A stretch of 64,000 nucleotides of DNA from the human T2T-CHM13v2.0 reference genome, Homo sapiens. The position numbers and the translations under genes are program-made. The notes under the pieces are model-generated. The model was not told the origin of the DNA and searched no databases. It saw only the letters and a program-made list of their open reading frames with translations. Positions 25,002-39,524 of this stretch are shown piece after piece (position 1 is the first letter of the stretch; each line of letters opens with the position of its first letter). Location: assembly GCF_009914755.1 (NCBI RefSeq), contig NC_060941.1. One strand, 5' to 3'.

Positions 25002-27582
25002 CCTTGCCAACCCTAAGCATGGAAAAAAATACAAAGGCTTGGAAATACATGCCTTAAAGAATGAATAGTTCTTATATTTGTGTGATAGGTCCCTGGGTGA
25101 TTTATTTTCTTATTTTTTTCTTTTTCTGAATTTTTCTCATTTTACTTAGTTAGACTTTATTACCTTCTTGGTCAGCCCACAAATTTATAAACTAATTTTT
25201 AAAAAAACATTTCCAACATCACTGGTTGAAAAATAGGTTGTTGTCAGTTGTTTAATCTGAAAGAAATTATTGATAAATATGCTGAAGTTTCTGTTCAATG
25301 GTTTTGGCCAAAATGAAGTCTTGATTTCCCATTTCTTTGAACCATTTTAAGGATCCTATACTATACTTACATAAATCATGCCAAATTGAAGCAGTTTTTT
25401 ACTTATTCTTTTCAATACATAATTTCAGTGGTGTGGAAGGGTCTCTACCTTCTCAGCCAGATTATATGCTTTTTTTTCTTTTCCATACTTTGTTATTTTA
25501 TTCTTTCACAATCAATCAGCATACCTCATTTTATAATGAGAAATAGATTTAGTTGGTTTTAATGATCTTTGTTTCTGAGATGCCCCTGATCTCGTGGGGG
25601 CAGGTAGAGTGTATGAACAGGTAATTGTAGCATTTAGCCGAAAGTGCTAGGACTCCTAGTAGAAAAAGAAATGAAAGCTCAGAATCCCACGAGGGGAAGA
25701 AGTGACCTTCCACCAGAGGGTTGGGGAAGGCTTCATGGAAGGGATGGAACTTTAGTTGTGTCTGGATAACTGCCCGGGATTTAGGCATCTATAGATGAGT
25801 GCCCAGCTGAGGCAGAGTCCTGAGTGTGACATTGTGGGTTCAGAGGAAAGAGGGGGTGCTTCAGTGGAGCTGCAGAGCAGTGGGGGTGAATATGGATGAT
25901 AAAGCTAAATTGGGACCAAACCAGGACAGGCCTTGTATTCCCCCCAAAGGGGTTAGAGTTGATACATTTGATGCTGGAGAATAACAGAGGACAGAAGCCA
26001 AGTGCGACCATGCCTTTGGAATTCTGTCCTTTCTAAGTGTCTGTAGACTTAGGTCTTTTAATACACATGGGCTCTGTTTCCTTCCCACCCCAATGATGGC
26101 TAGTGCCAGTCTTGAGGGAGGAGAAGCAGAAGCAAGATCAGGGGCCGTGGTAGGTTTCACCGGAGCTTTGGCATCCATGTATCTTCCCCTATTGCTACCA
26201 ATTCCAAATAAAGGTATCTCTGCCACTTGTATCATTAGAAACCTACATCACAGGCAATGCCTCCTTCTCACCCCACCCTCTGCCTCCCAGCTCTCAGTGA
26301 TACCCAGAATTGCATTCCCTCACTCACTTCTTAGGGGAACCCCCTCCATACTCGTGATTCCATTTCTGAGAGCTGGCTTCTGTGAGTTGTGGAGAGTGAG
26401 AAAAGGAAATGGAAACTGCTGAATCAGTCAGTGTTCTGATAAGGGACATCTTCTATCTCTGTCATTACAGCACCGTGTGTTATAATTAGTTATCTATGTA
26501 ATTTGCTCTTCAAAAATCTAGACCATGCCCTGTTGATTTTATTTTAGTTTCTTTTTCTCAAGAAATTTATAGTTTAATAAAGGCAATGTGGGAGTTTGGA
26601 AACAAATTTTTATTTCGCGCTAATGATAGATTAGCAACTACACAAATTTTAGTTCACAATATGTAATTTTTATTGAGTGATCACCATGTGCTGATTTCCA
26701 TAATAGGGATTCACGTTTGAACTGTCTTCAAAACAACCCTATGATTTAGTTACCAGTATACTTTCTCAGTTGAATAGGTGAAGAAACCAAAGTAAATAGA
26801 GGTTAAGCAATTTTCCGAAGGCCGTAAAGCTGATGACTAGCAGAGCAGGGATTCAAATCCAGGTAGTCTGACTCTAGGTACCACACGCTACACGTCCTGT
26901 ACCACAACTTATTATGTTTGATCCTCACAACACTCCTATAATGGTAGATTTTTTAGAGTGTCTTCTCAGATTGTAAACCAACTCCAGACCATGTCTTGTT
27001 GGTTGATTTAAACCAAATCCTAGCACATGATGATTTTAACATGATGAGCCTCGTGACCTAGTCTCTATCTCTTATTATTGTGTTCTTTATAATAAAGATG
27101 ATTTATTGAATATATAATTCTATCTCAGTGTTTATATATTTGTAAGACTTTCTCTATCAATCCCCAAACCAGGAACTATCCCTTTGCCATGTGTTTTGCT
27201 TGGATTGAAATATAGTTACATGCACAGCATGTGCTTAATTTATATACATTGAATGAATAATATAAGGGAGATGTAGGACGGGGTTGAGTTGGGAGGGTCT
27301 TAGACATTTCCTAGGTGGTAAATTGATGTTCCCAGTTGAAATGACGTACCCATGGTCATGTGGATGGAATTGGTCAGTTTTATATTCCACTATCTGTGTT
27401 AGCTACCAGTGTATCTCCAGTGATAATCACAATGCTTGACATATAGTGAAGCATAATAGCTATTTGATGAATAAATAAATCACTGATTTGACTAACAATA
27501 TGTGTTATGCCTGAACTCTCACTATGGAGTTGAAATACTAATGGGAAAGGTAGGATAAGAAAGGCCATGGTGAGTGGAAACG

Positions 27583-27720
27583 GGGAGAGAATCAGGAAAA
27601 ATAACTAATGGGTACTAGACTTAATACCTGGGTGATGAAATCACTTGTACACCAAACCCCCATGACACAAGTTTACGTATGTAACAAACCTGCATGTGCA
27701 TCCCTGAACTTAAAATAAAA
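27583..27720 (+). mobile_element. L1PA (about PA12-14) 3' end fragment with (CA)n tail
   Basis: ATCAGGAAAAATAACTAATGGGTACTAG...CCCTGAACTTAAAATAAAA. Confidence 0.85.
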
Positions 27721-27828
27721 CAAACACACACATACACACACACACACACACAGAATCAGGAGAGAGAGTCAGAAGTGTGATGGGTCTCCATAGCCAAGGA
27801 AGAATCTTTAAATAAAATGAGAATTGAA

Positions 27829-28120
27829 GTGGGGCATGGTGGTTCACGCCTGCAATCCCAGCACTTTTGGAGGCCGAGGTGGGTGGATCACCTGAGGCCA
27901 GGAGTTTGAGACCAGCCTGGCCAACGTGGTGAAACCCATCTCTACTAAAAATACAAAAAATTAGCCAGGCGTGTTGGCACATGCTTGTAGTCCCAGGTAC
28001 TTGGGAGGCTGAGGCAGGAGAATCACCAGAACCTGGGAGGTTGTAGTGAGCCAAGATCGCACCACTGCGACCAGCCTGGGTGATAGAGCGAGACTCTGTT
28101 TCAAAAAAAAAAAAAAAAAA
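27829..28120 (+). mobile_element. AluS
   Basis: Full Alu with poly(A). Confidence 0.95.
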
Positions 28121-28220
28121 TAGAATTGAGTGTCGTGATAAAGATGCAATTAGAAAGAGAAATGTAAACTTATATAAAGAAGTTTTCAGTAACTTGATCT
28201 AAAAGGTTATGATTTGCTTT

Positions 28221-28390
28221 AAAAAGAAAGGAAGGAAGGAAAGAAAGAAAGAGAAAGAAAGGAGAAAGAGAAAGAAAGAAGAAAGAAAGAGAGAGAAAGA
28301 AAGAAGAAAGAGAGAAAGGAAGAAAAAAGAAAGAAAGCAAAAGAAAGAAAGAGAGAGAAAAAGAAAAAAGAAAGAAAGAGAGAAAGAAAG
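28221..28390. repeat. GA-rich low-complexity (GAAA/GGAA) tract
   Basis: Seen directly. Confidence 0.95.
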
Positions 28391-29325
28391 ACCATGGTGT
28401 CACAGTCTTGATCTTTGGGAAACTGACCACCCAAGATTCCTTAGGTGGTGGTGACAGAAAGTAGCCAGCAGTCAACACCATGGACCCTTCAGCATGGAGG
28501 GATTTGATTTGTGTCCCAGCGTTCTGGCTCATTTCAGCCTCTGCGAGGCCCCACCTCAGTCCAGCAGAGCGTCCCAGTCCGCAGTGCGGGGAATCCTGGC
28601 TGGGCAGTTTGTCCTCTGCGGCGTCTTTGCCTTGCACTGCTCAGCTTGCCTCCCCACTGCGTGCTGCTGCCCGTGCTCTCTAGTGCGGCGCATTGCTTTC
28701 CTTCAGATTCTGGCCCCGAGGCCCCACTTCCCCAAGTGTCACCCTCTGCTATCTCCTTTGGCAGCAGGCACCCCAGGGATGCGTTCACTGATGATGACAC
28801 CCTCTTTGGCCCAGCTTTGGCCTCCTTTCCTCATATGTGGTCTGCGTGGTCAGGTTGCAGCAGGTGTGGGCCCCACCTTTCATGCAGGCAGAAGCAGCAG
28901 CCTGGAGTCCCCTGTCTAGTATCTTAGACAGACAATGTCTCATTGACACAGCCCCTTCTTTCTGCAGCCAGCCCTTTGTTTCCTGTCCTGAGTCCTTGTT
29001 ATTTTCTCTAGCCATTTCTTGCATGTGTGCAGTAGGTCAGGGCGTATGTCTTGGTACTGGATCTGATCCCTCTCCCGGTCCCTTGCCCCTTCTTCCATAT
29101 TCTCTATGCAATAAAAAGTGCCTCTTCCTATCAATATTCCAAGCCGGAAAGTTGAGAGTCACCCTTGTCTCCTCTTTCTCTATCATTTCCTATACCTATT
29201 CAATCACCAACTCTAGTCTACATTCAATTTTACGTGCATCTGTCTCTCACCATTCCCACTGCCTCTGTCTTAGGTCAGGTTCTTATGGTTTCTCACCATG
29301 ACAACTAGAAGATGGTCTTAGCAAC

Positions 29326-29612
<287 letters not shown>

Positions 29613-29902
29613 CCAAGACAAGGTCTCATTCTGTGGCCCAGGCTGGAGTGCAGTGACTCGATCTTGGCTCACCGCAACCTTGGCCTCCCAGGCTCAAGCA
29701 ATTCTTGTGCCTCAGCCTTCCTAGCAGCTGTGATTACAGGCATGTGCCACCATGCCCTGCTAATTTTTTTGTATTTTTCGTGGAGATGGGGTTTCACCAT
29801 GTTGGCCAGGCTGGTCTTGAACTCCTGGCCTCAAGTGATCTGCCTGCTTCGGCCTCCCAAAGTGCTGGGATTGATTATAGGAGTGAGTCACCACGCCTGG
29901 CC
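29613..29902 (-). mobile_element. Alu (J/S)
   Basis: Alu body, antisense. Confidence 0.9.
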
Positions 29903-30324
29903 TAGTTTTGTCTCTTTTTAATCTATCCCACCACACAGCATCCAACATAATTTTGCTAAAGCTCAAATCAGTCTCTGTTTCTCTCCTTTTAAAATCTTGC
30001 AAACATTCTACATTGCTTCTGGCATGAAATGGAAGCTTCTCTGTAACCTGACCCCTGTCTACCTCTTTGGCCTTGTGGCTTGCCAAGTTGAGACTTCCTG
30101 AAAACCAAGACAGCCTATTTGCACTACCTGTGGTTCCTTAAATGTGCAGCTTTCTTCCCTGCTTTTAATGAAGGAGGTGTTGACTTGGTAGAGCACAGTT
30201 TCCCCTTCTTGTAAGCCACAAGGCAGAGTGTAATACTACAAAAGTGGGCACATCCCATGACAGCTGCAGGGATTAATATTTAGAACAATTAAGGAAAAAC
30301 ACTACATCATTCCCCAAATTTTCT

Positions 30325-30664
<340 letters not shown>

Positions 30665-30819
30665 TAAGGAAAAGAGGAAATCCATGGATCTTGCTGTTCA
30701 AAGACATGCAAAATGCAAAACAGAAAAGACATTTTACATTAGAATAACAGAAACTTTGGCTGTTGTGCTTTTAACATAAATTTATAATACAGCACACTTC
30801 CCTTTTGTGATTTATTCAT

Positions 30820-31050
30820 GCTCTAGAGCCAGACTTCTTGGCTTCAGCTTCAAATCTGTTGTATGTCAGCTGTGTGTTTTCCCATAGGTTACGTACCTCT
30901 CTGTGCTTCAGTTTCTTCGTGTGTGAAAGGGGATAGTTACAGCACTTACCTCAGAGGGCCACTGTGAGGATTAAATGCATTAATATCTATGAAAGGCAGA
31001 GAACATTACTGGTTCATAAAAAGTGCTGTGTTAAGTGCTATCTACTATTA
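30820..31050 (+). mobile_element. MIR
   Basis: CCTCTCTGTGCTTCAGTTTCTTCGTGTGTGAAAGGGGATAG...GTGAGGATTAAATG core. Confidence 0.7.
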
Positions 31051-31515
31051 TTACTATTACTATTTTATTATTATTGCAATATTTCAATATATCCATTTTA
31101 CATCAAAAACAAGTGCAGGTCTCTTGTTCTTTGCCTGGATACCCCTGTGCCTGTCTTTGCCTGGCTAATCTCAGTTCAACCTACAATAGAGAAAAGTTAG
31201 AGCAACATAAATGGACTGATGTGAATAGCAGAGTGATTAAATACAACTTTTGGTATATCTATGCAATAAAATACCATGCATATATTCATGCCATTTTTGA
31301 GTAATATTTAAGTTTGTAATGACACAGAAGAAGATTAAGTAACAATAATAAGATACACTGGTTCATAAAAGACTATTAAGTACCAATAATAAAATATAAA
31401 ACTAGGTACAGAATGATAGGGCAATTTTAATTTTCTTATTTATGCCTCCCTATATTTTCTCAATTTTGTACAATGACCATGTATATTTTCTATAAAAGAA
31501 AACCAAACTAATATA

Positions 31516-31814
31516 ATTTTTTTTTTTTTTTGAGACAGTGTCTCACTCTGTCACCCAGGCTGGAGTGCAGTGGCGCGATCTCGGCTCACTGGAATCTCCA
31601 CCTCCCAGATTCAAGAGATTCTCTTGCTTCAGCCTCCTGAGTAGCTGGGACTACAGGCATGTGCCACCATGCCAAGCTAAGTTTTTGTATTTTTAGTAGA
31701 GATGGGGTTTCACTATGTTGGCCAGGCTGTTCTCAAACTCCTGACCTCAGATGATCTACCCACCTCGGCCTCCCAAAGTGCTGAGATTATAGGCATGAGC
31801 CACCATGCCTGGCC
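31516..31814 (-). mobile_element. AluS
   Basis: Full Alu, antisense. Confidence 0.95.
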
Positions 31815-34549
31815 TATAAATTTTTTTCAAAAAAAAAAATTCAGGTCTCACATTTTTTGGAGGCCTTCTTTAACACTACACTACCACCATCTAAAGTGCA
31901 TACCCTCACCCTCAGACACAATGCCTGTCACACAGTAGTTACTCAATAAAGCTTTACTGAATTATGTTCATCTCTTGCTGGAGTATTCCCTATGACCTGC
32001 ATGGAAAGAGGCCAGAAACAATTTGAAGGAAGATGCTTCACAAGGAATACTGAAAGTTTTCTTGACCTCATGAATGCTGGTGAGGCTTTATCCCTCTCTC
32101 AGGAATTTAGCATTGCCTGAAGTTCCTGACCTCTGCCTTTCACAAGCAAGAGCAGGTTGTGGCAGGCGACGAAGGTCCATTTCCATGGTAAGAAGCGTGG
32201 GGCTGGCCAGCTCCGTAGTCAGAGTGTGACAGTCACTGATGAGCTGCTCCAACCAGCTCATTGTCCTACAGATTTCATCCTGAAGAATTCTGCACTCTGG
32301 ATAATTGTGTATTTGTTTCTTCAATTCACAATCCAGCTTCTGCTCCCATTTCCTCCAAAGTGACTTGGACACCATATTGGCAAAACTACAGGATTTGCCT
32401 CTTCTTGGTTTATTATCTTGGCAAAATGACCCTATGTTCCAGCTCCCCTTGGGTTTCCAGTCTCCACATTTGCCCTCCAGGGGTTCTCTAGTTCTATGCA
32501 TCCCACCTCCTAGAGGCTACCTCTTGGCCCCAACACCCAGTGGTCTCCTCAACACTCTAGGAGAAGCCAGGATGTCCAGATTGACTGAGTGTGTTATGAT
32601 CAGAGATTGCCTCTATGTGTAATCTCAGAGGCTCATACCTGTAGAGGGACTCTGGTCATCACTGAACTGGGAGTTGAAGACCCTGGGTCTTGACATGCAT
32701 CCTGTGTGACCTTGATCGGGTCTTTTCACTTCTCTAGGTTTTGCTTTCCTCTTCTGTACCGTGGCAAAACAGATTGGGATCAGGTAAAACCACAGGCCAT
32801 GGATATACTGAGGAAAATGAAAAAATACCAGGACATTTTCAAGGTCATGTTACTGCTGTGGCTGCTGGGCCTGTCTGCAGCCTGGGAGGTTGAGGACAAC
32901 ATGACAAGACAAATGTAAAAATGCCCAGAATGGAGTTATGAATATAGTGGTGGTCAAGGATGTGGAGGGGGAACCTCTAAATGACCACAAGTGAGGGGGA
33001 AAGAAGGGCTTCCCTGCTCAGGGTGAGGGGGTGGACCTCTGAATGGAGCTCCCTGGAACCAAGGATGACCCTTGCTGTCACTTCTTGCAACCCTGAGCTA
33101 AAAACAGTTGAGTCCAAGAATAGTATCCATTGTGATAAAACTACTGGATGCGTGGGTTGAGGGTGGGGGAGAAGGGGAAGTACCACACTATCAGGGCTGA
33201 GGAATCACCTTTTGGGTGGAATGTCAGAACACCCAGTTCATTCATACTTGGTTTACTCATTTGGCTATATAGGGGTCCACATCTTGAGTCCATGTTACTC
33301 ATCACATTCCCTCCATGGAGATAAGCATAAACAGTTTCTGCATCAAGGAGCTCACTTTCTAGTTGGGGAGGCAACCACAGGAATAGATAAATATGTCATA
33401 GGTGGTAAGAAGAAATAGTTCAGGAGACTGTAGGAGCACAGTGAAGGATACAGAGTTTACTTGGGAAAGAGGTCAGGAAAGTTTCTCTAGGGAAGATGGG
33501 AATCTTTTTTGTCATGTATCTGAGAGTCATTTGTTATCATTGATTATTGGCTCTCCTTGGCTTTCCAGTCTCCACATTTGCCCTCCAGGAGTTCTAAATG
33601 GCACCAGTGCCTAAATCTTGGGGTGGGGGAAGTTAATATGGCTAAACGAAATGATACAAGTCCTTTTTACTCTCAGTGTGGACTTCCACTGGTGCAGACA
33701 TAGTATTGTTGTTAGGATCTTCATGAAGATCTCTCAAAACCTTTTACCCCCATGAGCCAAAGATCAGATCAAGGCGAGGAAACAAAAGTCAACAGACAAA
33801 CTCATTGTATGGCTCAGTGATGACTAATCACCCATTTTATCAATCATTATTCTCCTGAAGCCCCAGAACAGGCTTCCTCCTAACCCCTCCACCCTGCTCA
33901 TTCAGACAGCTGCTTTAGTGGGGATTGAGACTTAACTTGAAACTACTCATCTACAGCTAATAGACAGCCTTCTCCATCCTTCAGCCTTCCTGACACTTTG
34001 TTTCTTCCTCTGACATGACACTTAGCTTATTCCTCCTCATGGGATAGTTATTTCTGTCACTGTCAATGCCATCACTAGACATGGAACTCTTCGAGGGCAG
34101 GGATGGGGCTTCATTCAGCTCTGTCTGCCCTGGCAAAGAGCAGATGGTTAGTACATTGGGTTGAATAAAAATGTCATAGATAACGAAGTCTGTGTTAATC
34201 CAGAGGACATGAGACACATTCTGCTTCCCTTAAAGTGAGGTCCTCGATGCATGAAGATGAAACTGCACCAACTAGGAAAGGCCAGGAGAGGTACTAACAC
34301 ATCTGCTATCAGGGAACTCGGAACATTACAGCTGGGGGCGAGGGTCTTGGAGAAGATCAGAACATTTGAAAAAAGAGCTGTACAAAGAAAAGGGGGAGAG
34401 AACAGATGAGAGAAGTGCAGCTTGTGTGTGCGGGTGGGGAGTGAGGGAGAGTGCTGAGGCAGGATGACCTTGTACTTTATTTAATGACCCTGAAGTACCC
34501 CAGGATGCTGCTCCAACCTCTCCTATGGCTCCCAGATGCTGTGGGTCCC

Positions 34550-34928
34550 TTTTTTTCTTAACTTGTATTTTAGGTTCAGGGGTACATGTGCAGGTTTGTT
34601 ATATAGGTAAGTTGTGTGTTGCGGGGGGTTTGGTGTACAGATTATTTCATCACCCAGGTAATAAGCATAGTACCCAATAGGTAGTTTTTTTTATCCTCAC
34701 CCTCCTCCCACCCTTCACCCTTAAGTAGGCCCTGGTGCCTGCTGTTCCCTTCTTTGTGTCCATGTGTACTCAATGTTTAGCTTCCACTTATAAGTGAGAA
34801 CATGCAGTATTTGGTTTTCTGTTCCTGTGTTAGTTCGCTTAAGATAATGGCCTCCAGCTCCATCCATGTTGCTGCAAAGGGCATGATCTTGTTCTTTTTT
34901 TTTTTTTTATGACTGAGAAGTATTCCAT

Positions 34929-34964
<36 letters not shown>

Positions 34965-36028
34965 AAATTTTTTTTATCCAGTCTACCATCAGTGGGCATT
35001 TAGGTTGATTCCATGTCTTTGCTATTGTGAATACTGTTGCGATGAACATACATGTGCACATGTCTTTATGGTAGAATGATTTATATTCCTTTGGGTATAT
35101 ACCCAATAATGGGATTGCTGGGTTGAATGGTAATTCTGTTTTAAGTTCTTTGAGAAATCGCCAAACTGCTTCCCACAATGGCTGAACTAATTTACATTCC
35201 CACCAGCAGTGTATAAGTGTTCCTTTTCTCCACAGCCTCACCAACATCTGTTATTTTTTGACTTTTTAAAAATAGCCATCCTGACTGGTTTGAGATGGTA
35301 TCTCATTGTGGTTTTAATTTGCATTTCTCTAATGATTAGTGGTGCTGAGCATTTTTTGTATGTTTCTTGGCCGCGTGTATGTCTTCTTTTGAAATGTGTC
35401 TGTTTATGTTCAATGCCCACGTTTTAACGGAGTTGTTTGTTTTTTGCTTGTACATGTGTTTAAATTCCCTATAGATTCTGGATATTAGACCTTTGTGAGA
35501 TACATAGTTTGTAAATATTTTCTCCCATTCTGTAGGTTATCTCTTTACTCTGCTGATAATTTCTTTTGCTGTGCAGAAGCTCTTTAGTTTAATTAGATCC
35601 CATTTGTCAGTTTTTGGTTTTGTTGTGATTTGTTTTTGGCATCTTCATCATGAAATATCTGCCAGATCCTATGCCCAGAATCATATTGTCTAGGTTATCT
35701 TACAGGTATCATATTTTTATAGTTTTATATTTTAGGTTTTACATTTAAGTCTTCAACCCATTGTGAGTTGATTTTTACAGATGGTGTAAGGAAGGGGTCC
35801 AGTTTCAATCTTTTGCATACAGCTAGCCAGTTATCCCAGTACCATTTATTGACTGGGAAGTCCTTTCCCTGTTGCTTGTTTTTGTTAACTTTGTCAAAGT
35901 TCGGATGGTTGCAGGTATGCAGCATTATTTCTGAGCTCTCTATTTTGTTCTATTGGTCTATGAGTCTGTTTTTGTACCAAAGCCATGCTGTTTTGGTTAC
36001 TGCAGCCCTGTGGTATAGTTTGAAGTCA
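34550..36028 (-). mobile_element. 5'-truncated L1PA (about PA15-16)
   Basis: ORF2 C-terminal peptide ([13 protein letters not shown]...WNQPKCP) on - at 34777-35247 plus L1 3'UTR; TSD-like TGGGTCCCTTTTTT / TGGCTCCCTTTTTT. Confidence 0.9.
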
Positions 36029-36364
36029 TGGCTCCCTTTTTTTACTCTTCTTTTTTCTTTCTCAGAGAAGAGCAGGTAACAATGTGGGGTTAAAGGTGAG
36101 CAGGTGGGTTAGAGTAGTGGAGCTAAAGGCAGATAGAGGTCTTGATCCAATTATCCTCATTCCCTTCATTTGTCCAACCTTGCACACTCCTGTATGCAGG
36201 GCCTTTGTAAGCTTCACCTTCTGTACAGGTGCCCAGCAACTGTCAAACCAGCCAGGGCTTAACATGAGCATGGGCATTCCCTATGGACTGGCTGGGACAC
36301 ACCCACATCCTTAGATTACACATTTTGCCTGTAACATAGATAAACTAATTACTAGGTATATAAT

Positions 36365-36678
36365 TCTGTTTCGTTTTGTTTTGCTTTGTTTTGTTTTTGG
36401 GACAGGGTCTCATTCTGTCAAACAAGCGGGAGTGCAGTGGCACAATCACCACTCACTGCAGCCTGGACTTTTCTGGGCTCAGGTGATCTTCCCACCTCAG
36501 CCTACTGAGCAGCTGGGACTACAGGTGTGTATCACCACTCCCAGCCAAAATATTTTTTTATAGAGACAGTGTTTCACCATGTTGCCCAGTCTGGTATCGA
36601 ACTTCTGGGCTCAAGCTATCTGCCTGCCTTGACCTCCCAAAGTGCTGGGATTACAGGTGTGAGGCCCTGTACCCAGCT
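36365..36678 (-). mobile_element. AluJ
   Basis: Diverged Alu with (GTTTT)n tail. Confidence 0.9.
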
Positions 36679-36949
36679 CAATCCTGTTTTTATACTAGAA
36701 GAACATTCTCTATCTGGGTCTTCCAAACTTGATTCTTACTGGTTAATTTGTCCTGTTCTTTTGCTGGTCCAAGAAAATATCCTGAAATCTTTATTTCTTC
36801 TCCGTTTCCTCCTTGTCCTAGGACAGACTAGCCCTATCCCCTTCCTGAATTAAGTCCAAATATAGTCAGTCTTTGAGTGTGGAATAGCTCCTAGCAGTCT
36901 ATCAGTCAACGGGTTCTCTTTGTGGTCACATTCTATGTTTATTCAGGAG

Positions 36950-37200
36950 ACTACAGCATGGAAAGAAAATGGACTTTGGAGTCAGGTGAATCTTGATTCA
37001 AATCTTGGCAGTGCCATTCATCAGCTCTGTGGCATTGAGCGCATCAGTGGACCACTCTCTGATCCCCAATTGCCTTGTCTGTAAAATGAGATTAGACACC
37101 CCTGCTCAAGATTATGGTAGGATTATATATAATGTGTGTAACACAGCTTTTCCAGTGCCTGGTACAAGGTAAGTGTCCAATAAGAAGTTACAAATGTTCC
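36950..37200 (+). mobile_element. MIR
   Basis: GGACTTTGGAGTCAGG...TTCAAATCTTGGC...TCTGTAAAATGAG...CAGTGCCTGGTACA. Confidence 0.7.
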
Positions 37201-37607
37201 TGAGCCACCCTACTGGGTCCCTCCTCACATCCAATGCTGGACTCTTCATGCCCAAGGAAACATATAAGGCACAAAAGTCAGTGGCACTCAGCTCAGCAGA
37301 AGAAGGCACAGGAAGGGGATGGGGGAGTCCTGGCTCCCACTTTGTTCTTGGGGTCAGGCTTGTGGCCAGCCTGGAAAGACTGACATGAACCCTCCAGCAT
37401 CTGAGGGTGCCAACCACCAAGAGCAGCACAGTTCTTGTCTACAAGCCACTTGTAGCAGGTGTGAACATTTCATCTTTTCCTCTGGGGTTTGCAACTCTCT
37501 CCCCAGTCTCGGTCACTGCCTTTGGCTGTACCACTTCCCTTTTCTTCTCGCCTGCACCTCCCTCATCTTTCCTCTATGATGACATCGCCCTGGGGAAGAG
37601 AAGCTGA

Positions 37608-37719
37608 GAGGAACTCCTCACTCAGCTAGCTTCAGGAGCATGACGTCATCTCTACCATGGAAATTCCACTCACTCTCCTGTGCCCCCACATTTGTCCTAG
37701 GCCTCAGAGTCCCTATAAA
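37608..37719 (+). promoter_or_regulatory. CCL4 proximal promoter: ETS GAGGAA (37608), CRE TGACGTCA (37641-37648), kB/NFAT-like TGGAAATTCCA (37658-37668), TATAAA (37714-37719)
   Basis: Motifs read directly, 100-210 nt upstream of the ATG. Confidence 0.85.
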
Positions 37720-37820
37720 GAGAGATTCCCAAGTCAGTATCAGCACAGGACACAGCTGGGTTCTGAAGCTTCTGAGTTCTGCAGCCTCACCTCTGAGAAA
37801 ACCTCTTTTCCACCAATACC

Positions 37821-37896
37821 ATGAAGCTCTGCGTGACTGTCCTGTCTCTCCTCATGCTAGTAGCTGCCTTCTGCTCTCCAGCGCTCTCAGCACCAA
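37821..37896 (+). CDS. CCL4: C-C motif chemokine 4 (MIP-1beta), exon 1
   Basis: MKLCVTVLSLLMLVAAFCSPALSAP + A|gtaagt. Confidence 0.98.
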
Positions 37897-38442
37897 GTAA
37901 GTCTACTTTTGCAGCTGCTATTTCGAGTCAAGGTGTAGGCAGAGTCCTTTTTTCTAGTCATGGCTGGCAAACAGTGGGATCTGGGGATGGGACAAAAGGC
38001 AGCTAGGAAGATTGCCATGTAGTCTGCTGCTAAATGTAGAGTCTAGTAGATATTCAATAACATTCAAGTTCCTATTTTCTTAAGAATTAGCAACCAGCAG
38101 AGGAAAACGATGGGCTGGAAGTCAGACTGTTGAATTGGCTCTGCCTTTAATTATTTGTTCAAGCAAGCCCCTGTCCCTCTCTGTGCCTTGGTTTCCCCAT
38201 CTGTCATATGAAGGGAGTGCGATGTGTTCTGAGACTGAATCCAGTTCCAATCTTCTAGATTTCTTTCTCGTTCTTCTCTGAAGATCCACTATTCAAAATA
38301 AGACTCCTGCTCATGTTAGGTGGGAATGGATATTTGGGGTTCTGGTAGCTCCACAGGGATGCTCAATGAAGATGCAAAATTAGAAGTCAAAATAAACAGC
38401 TCCCACGGGCAGTGTTGATCTCACCCTGGCCTTTCCTTTCAG

Positions 38443-38557
38443 TGGGCTCAGACCCTCCCACCGCCTGCTGCTTTTCTTACACCGCGAGGAAGCTTCCTCG
38501 CAACTTTGTGGTAGATTACTATGAGACCAGCAGCCTCTGCTCCCAGCCAGCTGTGGT
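38443..38557 (+). CDS. CCL4: CCL4 exon 2
   Basis: ttcag|TG GGC TCA GAC...; (M)[38 protein letters not shown]; GT|gtgagt. Confidence 0.98.
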
Positions 38558-39139
38558 GTGAGTATCAACCCCTGGGCTGCCCTGGGAGGCAAGGGTGAGG
38601 GCTGGATTTTAAAAGAGGGCCTGTTTTGGGGAGGGGGTGATTGAGCGTTGGGGAGGCAGCTCCCAGGGCTGAAGCCTTCCCTGAGAGCAGTGAGGACACA
38701 GGTCATGAACTCACTTTTCAAGTGCTGAAGGCGGCAGAGTGGGAGCCGAGAGAGAAGGAGGTTGCTGGGGAGGAAGTTATTCAGAGGACAGGGAAGCAGG
38801 GGAAGGCAGACAGGTCCCATGAGATATGGACCGATTCCTTAAACCGTGCTAGAAAGACATGTGGAAAAGTCACTGCCAGGCTGGCAGGGAATGGGGAGAT
38901 CTATTCATATTGATTGCAATGCCCCTTGGTTCCTAATCTGGGCAACTCCTGGGGCCCACAGCTAAATCCAGTGGGTGGAAGTTACAGGGAGTCTGCTTCC
39001 AGTGCTGCTCCAGGAAGGATCCCATCCACCAGAGCTGCCCCACATGGACCATGGTCAGGCAGAGGAAGATGCAAAGGATAAAGCCAGATGACCTCAAAGG
39101 TCTCATGAGATTCTAATCTGTCCGCTCCTTGTTCTACAG

Positions 39140-39227
39140 ATTCCAAACCAAAAGAAGCAAGCAAGTCTGTGCTGATCCCAGTGAATCCTGGGTCCAGGAG
39201 TACGTGTATGACCTGGAACTGAACTGA
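39140..39227 (+). CDS. CCL4: CCL4 exon 3
   Basis: tacag|A TTC CAA ACC...; [28 protein letters not shown]; exons total 76+115+88=279 nt. Ser70 (KRS) and the intact AG acceptor indicate CCL4, not CCL4L1/L2. Confidence 0.98.
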
Positions 39228-39505
39228 GCTGCTCAGAGACAGGAAGTCTTCAGGGAAGGTCACCTGAGCCCGGATGCTTCTCCATGAGACACATCTCCTC
39301 CATACTCAGGACTCCTCTCCGCAGTTCCTGTCCCTTCTCTTAATTTAATCTTTTTTATGTGCCGTGTTATTGTATTAGGTGTCATTTCCATTATTTATAT
39401 TAGTTTAGCCAAAGGATAAGTGTCCCCTATGGGGATGGTCCACTGTCACTGTTTCTCTGCTGTTGCAAATACATGGATAACACATTTGATTCTGTGTGTT
39501 TTCAT

Positions 39506-39524
39506 AATAAAACTTTAAAATAAA
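39506..39524 (+). terminator. Tandem AATAAA poly(A) signals of CCL4
   Basis: AATAAA at 39506-39511 and 39519-39524. Confidence 0.9.
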
